This document shows positions 9,236-18,290 of a stretch of DNA of 64,000 bases, one piece after another. This DNA is from Candidatus Levyibacteriota bacterium (lineage in GTDB: Bacteria > Patescibacteriota > Microgenomatia > Levybacterales > UBA12049): positions 901,404-965,403 of the forward strand of contig OY970292.1 in NCBI GenBank assembly GCA_963716145.1. Direction: 5' to 3'. Under the pieces are notes generated by a model, which saw nothing but the letters and a program-made list of their open reading frames with translations, had not been told where the DNA came from and made no database searches. Position numbers and translations under genes: made by a program. Within the stretch, counting starts at the first letter, position 1; every line of letters begins with the position of its first letter.

Positions 9236-10551
9236 AGAATTTAAAATTTCTAATTTCTAATTTCAAATTGCCAAAAATAATATTGTGTTTTTGCGTGCTA
9301 CTTATCACTTATCACTTATCATTTATAACCCCAGCGCATGCCGATGCGGTTATAGACAATGGGATTAATTATTTAAAACAAAAACAAGTTCCATCCGGGC
9401 AAATAGACGGTGGAGGATTTAGTGATGCTTCTCCCTGGTCGGCAATTGCATTTGAAATAAGAGATATACATATTGAAGATGTTAAGAATAGCTCCGTTTC
9501 CTTAAAAGATTTTTTCGTAAACAATGTTCCAGGTGATGCATATACGTTGGCAACTAGGATTTTAGTTATTGTCGCAGCAGGAGATGATCCGACGAACTTT
9601 GGAGGAAATAATTATGTACAAAAACTTGAAAGTTTTCATCATGATAGTCAAATAGATAATATATGCATTCTGAATGACGACCTCTTTGGATTACTTGCTC
9701 TTATATCAGCTGGAAATTCATCCGATCAGAATATAAAACAAGATACTTTAAATTTTATTATTGATCATCAAGCAATAGATGGAGGATTTAGTTATTCAGC
9801 TCCATCTACAACTTGTCCTGATTGGGGGACTGATCCTGATACCACTTCGGCTGCGATTCAGGTATTGCAAGCAGCAAAAACGAATGGGTTAACAAATCCT
9901 AAACTCGATGATTCCATAAGTATGGCAAAAGAATATCTACTTGACGATCAGGACGCCGGTGGGGGCTTTTTAGCATTTGGCTCTCCAAGTTCTGATACAA
10001 CAGGATGGGCGTTAATGGCCCTAAATGTTTTGGGTATGCAGGATTCTGAGCAAGCAGCAAAAGCGCGGACCTGGTTAGCATCTCAACAATCACAACCAGA
10101 AGGGGGCTTCTTGTCTTATGGAACTTTAAATTCAACAACTACAGCTCATGCGCTCATTGCTCTTTCCGGATCGGGCTGGTTCTATCGGCCAAGTATTCCT
10201 GTGCCGACTATTTCTGTAGTTTCACCAACGCCAACTCCTACGCCAACAACTTCATCTTCAAGCAGCAACTCATCTACTCCCACTCCAACGCCCACAAATA
10301 CTACAACCCCAACACTACAAGTTAAGAATAAGACAACTTCCGATCTTGTTTCCGATTCTTCTTTTGAAGATCCGCAACCAACTCCTGCGCCTGAAGTTTT
10401 GGGGCAATCAACACAAGAAGTAAAACCTGATATCGATAAAAAACAATTGCTGATTAAAAATTTAACCAGCGGATTTTTACCTCTTCTTTTTGGATTTGGT
10501 CTTTATGTTGTGGTAAGATTTTGGGAGAGGAGGTGGAGAAAAAATGTTTGA
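9232..10551 (+). CDS. prenyltransferase/squalene-oxidase-repeat (terpene-cyclase-like alpha/alpha toroid) surface protein with C-terminal TM anchor
   Basis: Repeated QxxDGGF/DGGW-type motifs (QIDGGGFSD, AIDGGFSYS, QDAGGGF, PEGGF), a P/T/S-rich stalk and a C-terminal hydrophobic anchor. The ATGA start overlaps the upstream stop. The signal peptide is encoded by heptamer repeats. Confidence 0.6.
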   Translation: MKNLKFLISNFKLPKIILCFCVLLITYHLSFITPAHADAVIDNGINYLKQKQVPSGQIDGGGFSDASPWSAIAFEIRDIHIEDVKNSSVSLKDFFVNNVPGDAYTLATRILVIVAAGDDPTNFGGNNYVQKLESFHHDSQIDNICILNDDLFGLLALISAGNSSDQNIKQDTLNFIIDHQAIDGGFSYSAPSTTCPDWGTDPDTTSAAIQVLQAAKTNGLTNPKLDDSISMAKEYLLDDQDAGGGFLAFGSPSSDTTGWALMALNVLGMQDSEQAAKARTWLASQQSQPEGGFLSYGTLNSTTTAHALIALSGSGWFYRPSIPVPTISVVSPTPTPTPTTSSSSSNSSTPTPTPTNTTTPTLQVKNKTTSDLVSDSSFEDPQPTPAPEVLGQSTQEVKPDIDKKQLLIKNLTSGFLPLLFGFGLYVVVRFWERRWRKNV

Positions 10552-11107
10552 ATTATTTATGATTATAGGAGGTGCGCTGTTGCGACTCGTGCCGCATGTT
10601 CCTAATTTTGCACCGGTCGCGGCAACTGCTTTATTTGGTGGAACGTATTTAAAAAAGAAATACGCGATTATAATCCCTATGGGTATTTTGTTTTTATCAG
10701 ATTATTTGCTTTTATATATTAATCCGTTTTCAGAGAAGGTCGTAAATTTTGACAAAGTTTATCCTATTACCGCGATTTTTCATCCAAGTACATTTTATGT
10801 TTGGGGAAGCTTTTTGATAGTAGGTTTTATCGGGCTTTGGCTAAGAAACCATAAGAGCGCTCACAATGTTATTTTAAGTTCGTTGATTTCATCAATACTC
10901 TTTTTTCTAGTTACAAATTTTGGTTATTGGCTTTCCAATAGTTTGTACCCAAAAACATTTGAGGGGCAAATGACAGCATATGTTATGGCGTTGCCATTTT
11001 TCAAATGGACGATTTTGGGGGATTTGTTCTATACAGGAGTATTTTTTGGAGCGTACGAATTTGCGTTAAAAGCAGTAGGTAGAAAAAATGTTGCGGTGAC
11101 GGTTTAA
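10544..11107 (+). CDS. polytopic membrane protein, possible ECF-type substrate-specific (S) component
   Basis: 187 aa with about 5-6 TM helices. The N-terminal LRLVPHVPNFAPVAATALFGG motif resembles S-component-like families. It sits between the B12-binding-like proteins and pduO. Confidence 0.4.
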   Translation: MFELFMIIGGALLRLVPHVPNFAPVAATALFGGTYLKKKYAIIIPMGILFLSDYLLLYINPFSEKVVNFDKVYPITAIFHPSTFYVWGSFLIVGFIGLWLRNHKSAHNVILSSLISSILFFLVTNFGYWLSNSLYPKTFEGQMTAYVMALPFFKWTILGDLFYTGVFFGAYEFALKAVGRKNVAVTV

Positions 11108-11111
11108 ATTT

Positions 11112-11651
11112 ATGCCGATTTATACAAGAACAGGAGATAGAGGTACAACTTCGCTTTTTGATACAACTCGGGTTCTCAAATCAAGCGCTCGGGTTGAGAC
11201 ATACGGAACGATTGATGAGCTTAACAGCACTATCGGCGCGGTAATTGCACATCTTGAGGATTCAACAGGGCTTGTTGAGAAAGAATTGTTACAAATTCAG
11301 AATGATCTTTTGGAAATTGGCGCAGCTCTTGCCAATCCAAAAGCAGTACCTATCAAAGGGCTTAACAAGCGTCCCACAGATTTTGAAAAACTGATTGATA
11401 AGATGACGGATAAACTTCCGGAACTTCGAAATTTTATCTTACCAGGAGGTAGTAAGGCCGGATCGCTTCTTCACATCGCAAGAACTATCGCCAGACGGGC
11501 AGAACGAATAATTGTCGGCCTAATCCAAGACGAAAAAGTGGATCAGGATATCATAATTTATGTAAATAGACTTTCTGATCTGCTATTCACAATGGCACGT
11601 TTTGTAAATCAGGCGGAAAAGAAAAAAGAGACAGTTTGGAAAAAGAGATAA
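11112..11651 (+). CDS. pduO: ATP:cob(I)alamin adenosyltransferase, PduO-type
   Basis: MPIYTRTGDRGTTSLFDTTRVLKSSARVETYGTIDELNSTIG matches the PduO/MMAB N-terminal signature. Length about 180 aa. Confidence 0.8.
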   Translation: MPIYTRTGDRGTTSLFDTTRVLKSSARVETYGTIDELNSTIGAVIAHLEDSTGLVEKELLQIQNDLLEIGAALANPKAVPIKGLNKRPTDFEKLIDKMTDKLPELRNFILPGGSKAGSLLHIARTIARRAERIIVGLIQDEKVDQDIIIYVNRLSDLLFTMARFVNQAEKKKETVWKKR

Positions 11652-11710
11652 TGACAGCTTGTCCCCCTCTGCGGTTGGAAAGCCCATAATTTGAGTTAAA
11701 AATAAAAGTT

Positions 11711-12007
11711 GTGTTACAATCAGGATATATGTCAGCGGAAACAGTAGTTGTGCACAAAGAAGTAGCAGTGGGGCATGCAGCAGATCAGCATTTATCTAAC
11801 AGGAGACAAGAGTTGAATCAAAGATTAAGAAAATGGGGAAAGTGGTTCGTCGGAGGTCTTGCCGTTGGATTGGCTGGACTTGGACTATCCCTTGCAGCTC
11901 CTGGAGTAGGAACTGCAGTTATGTTGGTGGGGAGTGGTATGGAGGCTGTAGGAGCTGTCGGAATTATAGGTAATATCCTTAAAGGCGCAAGCCAGAAAAA
12001 TAAATAG
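11711..12007 (+). CDS. small Gly/Ala-rich membrane peptide (pilin-like or bacteriocin-like, hypothetical)
   Basis: 98 aa: a hydrophilic leader, then GxxxG-rich hydrophobic segments (FVGGLAVGLAGLGLSLAAPGVGTAVMLVGSGMEAVGAVGIIG). Confidence 0.35.
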   Translation: MLQSGYMSAETVVVHKEVAVGHAADQHLSNRRQELNQRLRKWGKWFVGGLAVGLAGLGLSLAAPGVGTAVMLVGSGMEAVGAVGIIGNILKGASQKNK

Positions 12008-12021
12008 ACCACCTCTCAAAT

Positions 12022-12363
12022 ATGCAGCAAAATTATAAAGATACCCTTTTAGAACTCCTGACAACCATTAACTACCCCAATAATAAAGAAAAATTTATTG
12101 CAGAATTTGAAGACTTAAATAGGGTTGAGGTAATTGCCAATATTTTGGAAAAACTACCCAAGGATATACAAGAAAAAATACAAGCCGGTGATAATGATTA
12201 TGAGAACATTAAAAAATATATTCACCAGGATGAGTATTTAGCTGAAATAACCAAAGTTTCAGCAGAAGCACTGAAAAAATTTATTGAAGTAATTTCACCA
12301 CTTCTCACCTTACAGCAGAAACAACAAGTAGATAAGATAGTACATAATTACCCAAGATTGTAA
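12022..12363 (+). CDS. hypothetical protein
   Basis: 113-aa acidic/helical ORF, co-directional and tightly spaced with its neighbours. Confidence 0.35.
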   Translation: MQQNYKDTLLELLTTINYPNNKEKFIAEFEDLNRVEVIANILEKLPKDIQEKIQAGDNDYENIKKYIHQDEYLAEITKVSAEALKKFIEVISPLLTLQQKQQVDKIVHNYPRL

Positions 12364-12418
12364 TCTTTTGTTAGGATTTTTTATTGCCTCTTGAGCCCCC
12401 ACATGCTAAGATTATTTT

Positions 12419-13090
12419 ATGGATAGTAGTGCCCCAAATTCACAGCAGAATACAGATTCATCAGCTGTTCAACCAGCTCAGCCAATTGTTCCAAATCGTG
12501 GAGGAATACCGATTGGTCCTACTCAACCAGCTTCGTCTGAGCTTCAGATAGTAGATCCAATCTTACCGGTTGCGGAATCTGCTGCACAAAAAGATGTGCA
12601 AAGTATAAGTCAGAATGATTCCATTTCCCTTATGCCATCTCAATCCCCAGCAACTCCTTCCGAAAAGCCGGCAAATGACCAAAATGTTGTAACTCAAGCA
12701 CCAGTTTCTCAGCAGGTAAGTTCTACAAAAAACCGCGAACATGAACCCTCATCAGCGCCAGCACCTGATATTGTAAAAATGACTGATTCTGAAATAATTC
12801 AGGAAGAAAAAGTAGTTGAAAAGGAAATTGAAGCAATGGTTGAGAAAACCCCGGATTCGGAAAAACCAAAACTTTCATCAGAGGTAAAGGCCGCGGGGGT
12901 AGAACATGCAAAAGAAGATACACCGATGCCTCCTCTTCCGACAGGCGTCAAACCATTGCCTATGAGTTATGATGAAGCGCAATCAATACGGAAAAAATAC
13001 AAATTAATACTGAAAGATTCAGTTGCCTGGCTATCAACTTTGATAATGTATCACTGGAAAAAAATTGGATTTAAAAATAAAGAGACATAA
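12419..13090 (+). CDS. hypothetical protein with P/Q/S-rich low-complexity N-terminal region
   Basis: 223-aa ORF with no recognisable motif. It ends 3 nt before the start of the large ATPase gene. Confidence 0.35.
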   Translation: MDSSAPNSQQNTDSSAVQPAQPIVPNRGGIPIGPTQPASSELQIVDPILPVAESAAQKDVQSISQNDSISLMPSQSPATPSEKPANDQNVVTQAPVSQQVSSTKNREHEPSSAPAPDIVKMTDSEIIQEEKVVEKEIEAMVEKTPDSEKPKLSSEVKAAGVEHAKEDTPMPPLPTGVKPLPMSYDEAQSIRKKYKLILKDSVAWLSTLIMYHWKKIGFKNKET

Positions 13091-13093
13091 AGT

Positions 13094-15484
13094 ATGCAAG
13101 TACAATCTTTTTTAAGCCAAAATTCACTTATAATAAAGCTTTTTTTTGGTGTTTTGGGATTTGCCGCGGTAGCAGGATTTCTTATGTTGCTCTTTTATGT
13201 TTTTCTGATGTGGATAAGGCACCGCAAAAGGGAATCAGAAGCACTTAATTCAACTCTTCTTCAAGTGACAGTACCAAGGGATAATGAGATCAAAGTTGAT
13301 GCTGCTGAGCAGATGTTTTCAGCATTATATGCAATACGCAAAACCTATGAAAAGGACAGACTGTCTTTTTTCAAATCCCAGCCGCATCTTTCATTTGAAA
13401 TTGTAGGATTGCCTGGGGATATCCGTTTTTACGTCAATGTTCCAAACAATCTGCGGGATTTTGTTGAAAAACAAATTAACGGTTCATATCCTGATGCCGA
13501 AATAATTCCTGTTACTGAGCCTGCAGCTAAGCAAAGAGAGGGTGGAGTTCTGGGTACAGAATACAATATTTTTTCAAAAGATGGAAAGGTAGCTTTTGTG
13601 TCCCTTAGGCTGCACCACGCAAATCACATGCCGATAAAAGTATACAAGGATTTGGCTGTTGATTCTTTATCTTCAATCACCTCAGTCCTTGCCAAAATGG
13701 GAGAAGGCGAGGGGGCAGCTCTTCAGATTGTGATAAGTCCGGCCTCATCCAAATGGAAAAAAGAAGGTCGCAGTTTTATTGGGCACACAAAAAAGATGGA
13801 AGCAAATCCTGAGAAAGCAAGTTATAAGTCCGACGCTAAAGAGCTTGAGGCAATAGAGAGTAAAATCCAAAAACCGGGATTTGATACTGTTATCCGGATT
13901 GTGGTCTCAGCCAAAACATATCATGCTGCAAAAGCCCACAAAGATAATATAAAAGGAGCATTCAGTCAGTTTACTCTCCATAATTCCTTTCACAGGAACA
14001 AAAATTGGATTAAGGGGTGGTTCATGAATGATTTTATTTACCGTTATTTTCCAATGTGGGGACAGACTTCTGTCCTGACGAGTGAAGAATTGGCAACTAT
14101 TTATCATTTTCCAAATAAAAGTGTGTATACAACTCCCGGAATTCACTGGTTGACTGCCAAGCGAGCGCCGGCACCCTCAAATTTGCCGACAAGTGGTCTT
14201 TATCTGGGAAAGAGCAGTTATCGAGGCATATCCCGCGGAATATTTCAAGGACGCGAAGACCGTCGTCGCCACACCTATATAATCGGAAAAACAGGAACAG
14301 GAAAAACAGAAATGCTCAAAACCATGATCATGCAGGATATAAATAACGGTGAAGGACTTGCGGTTATTGATCCTCACGGAGATTTGGTTGAGGATATTCT
14401 GCGTATGATACCCCCTAAAAGGGCTGAGGAGGTTATTCTCTTTGATCCATCAGATACTGAGCGCCCGATGGGTTTTAATATGCTCTCAGCAGACACCGAG
14501 CAGCAAAAGCATTTCGTTGTAAACTCAATAATCGGTCTTATGTATAAGCTTTTCGATCCGAATAAAACCGGTATCATTGGTCCTCGTTTTGAACATGCTA
14601 TTCGTAACGCGATGCTTACAGTGATGTATGAGAAAGGGAGTACCTTTATTGAAGTTGTGCGTGTTTTGACTGACCAGGCGTTTGTTCAGGAGTTATTGCC
14701 CAAAGTTCAGGATCCGATAATCAGACGTTACTGGACAGATCAGATTGCACAAACCAGTGATTTCCACAAATCCGAGGTTTTGGATTATATTACCTCCAAA
14801 TTCGGGCGTTTTGTTACCAATAAAATGATCAGAAATATTATTGGTCAGTCTGATAGCTCTTTTGAATTCCGTAAAGTCATGGATGAGGGTAAAATTCTTC
14901 TCATCAATCTTTCCAAAGGAAAAATTGGTGAGGAAAACGCTAACTTTTTAGGATTGGTTTTGGTTCCAAAAATTTTGGTTGCTGCTATGAGCAGGCAGGA
15001 TATTCCCAATCAGGAAGACAGACGGGACTTTTTTCTCTATGTTGATGAGTTTCAGAATTTCGCAACACCGGACTTCGCCCAAATTCTCTCAGAAGCACGT
15101 AAATACCGTCTCAATTTGATTGTTGCCAATCAGTTTATCGGTCAGATGGAGGAGGAGATCAAAAATGCTATTTTTGGAAACGTAGGAACAATAGCGTCGT
15201 TTAGAGTCGGTGTAACTGATGCAAATTATCTCCAGCATGAATTCCAACCGCTATTTAATGAAAACGATCTTATCAATGTCGATAAGTATAATGCATATAT
15301 GCGGACTATTGTTAATGGTGAACCTGCTGCGCCTTTTTCGCTTGATACCACCAAAGATGTTTCCAAGGAGAAAGCCCTCCAAAACGACCGTGTTGCTGAG
15401 TTGGTTCGCGAACTCTCCCGTCTTAAGTATGGAAAGAGTGTTGAAACAGTTGAAACAGAAATTGCTACTAGAGCGAGATTATAA
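13094..15484 (+). CDS. VirB4/VirD4/HerA-FtsK superfamily P-loop ATPase with N-terminal TM segment (type IV secretion/conjugation-like)
   Basis: N-terminal TM helix. Walker A GKTGTGKT sits mid-protein, followed by a VIDPHGDL motif and a Walker B-like FFLYVDEFQNF. Length 796 aa. Confidence 0.6.
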   Translation: MQVQSFLSQNSLIIKLFFGVLGFAAVAGFLMLLFYVFLMWIRHRKRESEALNSTLLQVTVPRDNEIKVDAAEQMFSALYAIRKTYEKDRLSFFKSQPHLSFEIVGLPGDIRFYVNVPNNLRDFVEKQINGSYPDAEIIPVTEPAAKQREGGVLGTEYNIFSKDGKVAFVSLRLHHANHMPIKVYKDLAVDSLSSITSVLAKMGEGEGAALQIVISPASSKWKKEGRSFIGHTKKMEANPEKASYKSDAKELEAIESKIQKPGFDTVIRIVVSAKTYHAAKAHKDNIKGAFSQFTLHNSFHRNKNWIKGWFMNDFIYRYFPMWGQTSVLTSEELATIYHFPNKSVYTTPGIHWLTAKRAPAPSNLPTSGLYLGKSSYRGISRGIFQGREDRRRHTYIIGKTGTGKTEMLKTMIMQDINNGEGLAVIDPHGDLVEDILRMIPPKRAEEVILFDPSDTERPMGFNMLSADTEQQKHFVVNSIIGLMYKLFDPNKTGIIGPRFEHAIRNAMLTVMYEKGSTFIEVVRVLTDQAFVQELLPKVQDPIIRRYWTDQIAQTSDFHKSEVLDYITSKFGRFVTNKMIRNIIGQSDSSFEFRKVMDEGKILLINLSKGKIGEENANFLGLVLVPKILVAAMSRQDIPNQEDRRDFFLYVDEFQNFATPDFAQILSEARKYRLNLIVANQFIGQMEEEIKNAIFGNVGTIASFRVGVTDANYLQHEFQPLFNENDLINVDKYNAYMRTIVNGEPAAPFSLDTTKDVSKEKALQNDRVAELVRELSRLKYGKSVETVETEIATRARL

Positions 15485-15517
15485 AGTGCAAGAGCGCAAA
15501 AGCGAAGAAGTGCAGAA

Positions 15518-15904
15518 ATGAAATTCACAGATTTAGAGATATGGAAAAAAGCTCATGAGTTAACACTTTTTGTCTATGCGGTTACTAAAAAGTTTCCCAA
15601 AGAAGAAGGGTACGGCTTGACCTCACAAATTCGTCGCGCAGCTGTTTCAGTAGAGTCATGTATCGCAGAAGGATTTGCCCGCTACCACTTTAAGGAAAGA
15701 TTAAATTTTTACTATGATGCGGGTGGGTCCTTAGCAGGAATTCAAAGCCAAACAATAACGTCGAAAGATTTATCCTATTTGTCAGATGATAACGCAAAAA
15801 AGATTTCTGATAAAGTAGATGAAGTTCAGATAATTCTGGCAGGTTTAATCCGTTCCACGCAAAATTTGGTAAAAAAGAAGAAATCTGGTATATTTACCGA
15901 ATGA
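15518..15904 (+). CDS. four-helix-bundle protein (TIGR02436 / 23S rRNA intervening-sequence protein family)
   Basis: EIWKKAHELTLFVY...KEEGYGLTSQIRRAAVSVESCIAEGFAR matches the family signature. About 128 aa. Confidence 0.7.
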   Translation: MKFTDLEIWKKAHELTLFVYAVTKKFPKEEGYGLTSQIRRAAVSVESCIAEGFARYHFKERLNFYYDAGGSLAGIQSQTITSKDLSYLSDDNAKKISDKVDEVQIILAGLIRSTQNLVKKKKSGIFTE

Positions 15905-15964
15905 TGAAGCGTAAATAGTTGCACTTTTGCGCCTTTTCTCTTTCGCGCATATGCGCTGTAGATC

Positions 15965-16037
15965 GCGTCCGTAGTTCAGTGGCTAGAACAGTTGTCTTAT
16001 ACACAACATGTCGGAGGTTCGAGTCCTCCCGGACGCA
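15965..16037 (+). tRNA. tRNA-Ile, anticodon UAU (reads AUA)
   Basis: Cloverleaf: acceptor GCGTCCG/CGGACGC, D-arm GTTC-AGTGGCTA-GAAC, anticodon stem GTTGT/ACAAC with loop CTTATAC (U33, anticodon TAT, A37), T-arm GGAGG-TTCGAGT-CCTCC, discriminator A. No encoded CCA. Confidence 0.75.
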
Positions 16038-16050
16038 CTCTGTTTGGTCT

Positions 16051-16608
16051 ATGAAATTACCACAAAACGCAAAACTGGTTTTTAAGGGAAAGATATTTGA
16101 TGTTTATCAATGGGAACAACTGCTTTATGATGGATCCGTTGCCACGTTTGAAGGGCTAAAAAGGCCGAACACAATTCAGATTATTCCAACAATAGGCGAT
16201 AAGGTCTTGTTCTCTCATGAGGAGCAGCCAAATAAGCCCCTGAGTAACACGTTTTTGGGAGGCCGTGCGGAAGAGGGCGAGGAGCCACTAGTTACAGCAA
16301 AGAGAGAACTTCTTGAAGAAACGGGTTTGGAGTCAGATGACTGGGAGCTACTGAAAATTTATGAAAATGAGGGTAAAATAGAATGGAGTATTTATTTATT
16401 CACAGCTCGCAATTGCAAAAAAGTCGCAGAACCCAATCTCGATGCAGGGGAGAAGATAGATGTAAAAGAAGTAAGTTTTGACAAGTTCCTGGACATTGTT
16501 TCATCAGAAAAATTCTGGGGACGGGATATAGCAAATGATATTTTGAGAATGAGGCTGGATAGTAAAAAAATTGAAGAATTTAAGAAAAAATTATCAATTA
16601 AAACTTAG
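16051..16608 (+). CDS. NUDIX hydrolase
   Basis: Nudix box GGRAEEGEEPLVTAKRELLEETG. The start is trimmed to the Met after the tRNA; the 6-frame ORF 15919.. overlaps the tRNA. Confidence 0.7.
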   Translation: MKLPQNAKLVFKGKIFDVYQWEQLLYDGSVATFEGLKRPNTIQIIPTIGDKVLFSHEEQPNKPLSNTFLGGRAEEGEEPLVTAKRELLEETGLESDDWELLKIYENEGKIEWSIYLFTARNCKKVAEPNLDAGEKIDVKEVSFDKFLDIVSSEKFWGRDIANDILRMRLDSKKIEEFKKKLSIKT

Positions 16609-16922
16609 TGGGTTACATATTAACGGCTGGAAGGGTCTGGTGGACGCACAACAAAATTACTTTTAGCCTGAGTTTTATTGGATGAAGTATTAGTGTTTAG
16701 TTCCTGCTTTTTATTTACTTGTTCTACCAAGTATTCAGCGCTAGAGGTATTTGCCCTATCTTCCTGCTCAATGCTCCACAATTTTTCTTTCCTTTTTAAC
16801 TCTCTATTCTCAAAGAAGTTGCGTATACTAGTGGATATAAAAGATATATTCATGTAAAAAAATAATAGCATAGCTAAATATGAAAAATCAATAAAAGAGA
16901 GGTTTACAATTTAGAGATAAGT

Positions 16923-17783
16923 TTAAAGCTCGCTGAGGGTGGTGGTGTCTTTTGCGCGGTCCTGAACGTATTCCAAATAACGCTCTGTGGTAGAAAGTCT
17001 TTTGTGGCCTAGAATCTTTGAAAGAAGGACGAGAGATACGCCATGCTTTAAGTGATGCGCAACGAATGTGTGTCTTAGGTCATTTACTTTGGCGTTTTCA
17101 ATGCCTGCGATCCTAAAGTACCGCTCAATAGCAGTTCTGATATTACGGACTAGGAAAGGCTTGCCTGATTTGGTTACGAAGATATGGTCATCTGTAATCT
17201 CGGGGCGAATTTTAAGGAATCTATCAAGTGCCTCTTTTGCCGATTTATTCATAGGAACTACTCTTTCAGCGTGTTTCTCATGAGGCGTGATCCTGAGTCC
17301 ATCCGGCTGAATGTCCGACATTCTGATATCAGCCAATTCTCCAATTCTTATTCCAGTTTGGAGTAAAAGCTCAATTATCGCATACATTCGTGCGTCATTA
17401 CGTGCTGCATCCCTAAGTGCCCTATATTCTGTAGGCTTAAGCATTCTTGGTGCTGCTAGTTCATATTGTGGGTGAGAGACGAGAAGTGATGGGTCATCGG
17501 TTACATACTCGTTAACTTTAAGAAAGCGGTAGAATGTACGGGTTGAGTTAAGCTTTCGTGATAAAGATTTGGGGGTATAGCCTTTGTCTGAAAGTGTACC
17601 CAGAAAAGCTTGAATATCATCTTTTGAGACTTCGTGGATGTGCTGTTTTTCAAGTTCTTCAAGAAAACTTGTGAGCTGATCAATGTCTTTTCCGTAGGCC
17701 AAAATTGTTGCACTTGAGTGCTTTTTGCTCTTGAGAAATTCCAAAAACTGTTTGTGTGCATCACGCACCTTTATTATATTCAT
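16923..17783 (-). CDS. tyrosine site-specific recombinase (XerC/XerD-like integrase family)
   Basis: C-terminal catalytic motifs ...LRHTFVAHHLKHGVSLVLLSKILGHKRLSTTERYLEY (R..H..R..Y) and an N-terminal SAM-like domain. Confidence 0.85.
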   Translation of the reverse strand: MNIIKVRDAHKQFLEFLKSKKHSSATILAYGKDIDQLTSFLEELEKQHIHEVSKDDIQAFLGTLSDKGYTPKSLSRKLNSTRTFYRFLKVNEYVTDDPSLLVSHPQYELAAPRMLKPTEYRALRDAARNDARMYAIIELLLQTGIRIGELADIRMSDIQPDGLRITPHEKHAERVVPMNKSAKEALDRFLKIRPEITDDHIFVTKSGKPFLVRNIRTAIERYFRIAGIENAKVNDLRHTFVAHHLKHGVSLVLLSKILGHKRLSTTERYLEYVQDRAKDTTTLSEL

Positions 17784-17885
17784 AGAATACTAGATCCCAT
17801 AATATCACAAACCAATTATAAATTCAAGAAGCAAAATTAATCCCTTTGCAATGCCTTCAAAAAGGTATTATATTATAATACTATC

Positions 17886-18236
17886 ATGTCCCCAAAAAAA
17901 ATAGCATTTTTTATCATAATCATAGCCTCAATATTTATAATAAATAACCTTGTGCACTCGATATACACACTCTGGCAGAAAAAGCATTTGGTTGAGGACG
18001 TACGGCTGGAAGTTGAAAAAAATCAGCATGAAAACGAGGCTCTAAAGAGGAAGTTAAGCCAAATTGAGGAGCCGCAGTTTATTGAGGAGGAGGCTAGAAA
18101 TAAGCTTTTTTTGAGCAAGCCTGGGGAAGGTGTAATAGTTCTTTCGCAAAAAGACCTCGAAGCGACTCTGTCAGCAAAACCCAAGCCTCGGGATACAAGG
18201 CCAAATTGGAGAAAATGGTGGGAGCTATTTTTTTAA
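17886..18236 (+). CDS. septum formation initiator family protein (FtsB/DivIC-like)
   Basis: N-terminal TM helix, a coiled coil, and an EEEARNKLFLSKPGE motif typical of FtsB/DivIC. Confidence 0.55.
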   Translation: MSPKKIAFFIIIIASIFIINNLVHSIYTLWQKKHLVEDVRLEVEKNQHENEALKRKLSQIEEPQFIEEEARNKLFLSKPGEGVIVLSQKDLEATLSAKPKPRDTRPNWRKWWELFF

Positions 18237-18290
18237 AAGAGCATCATTTCACGCTCTTGACTATAAGATTACCGCTGTTATAATCGTGCA

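Noticed and set aside
15919-16050. N-terminal 44 codons of six-frame ORF 15919..16608
   Set aside because: Overlaps the well-formed tRNA-Ile(UAU). The NUDIX protein is complete from the Met at 16051, so the extension was trimmed.
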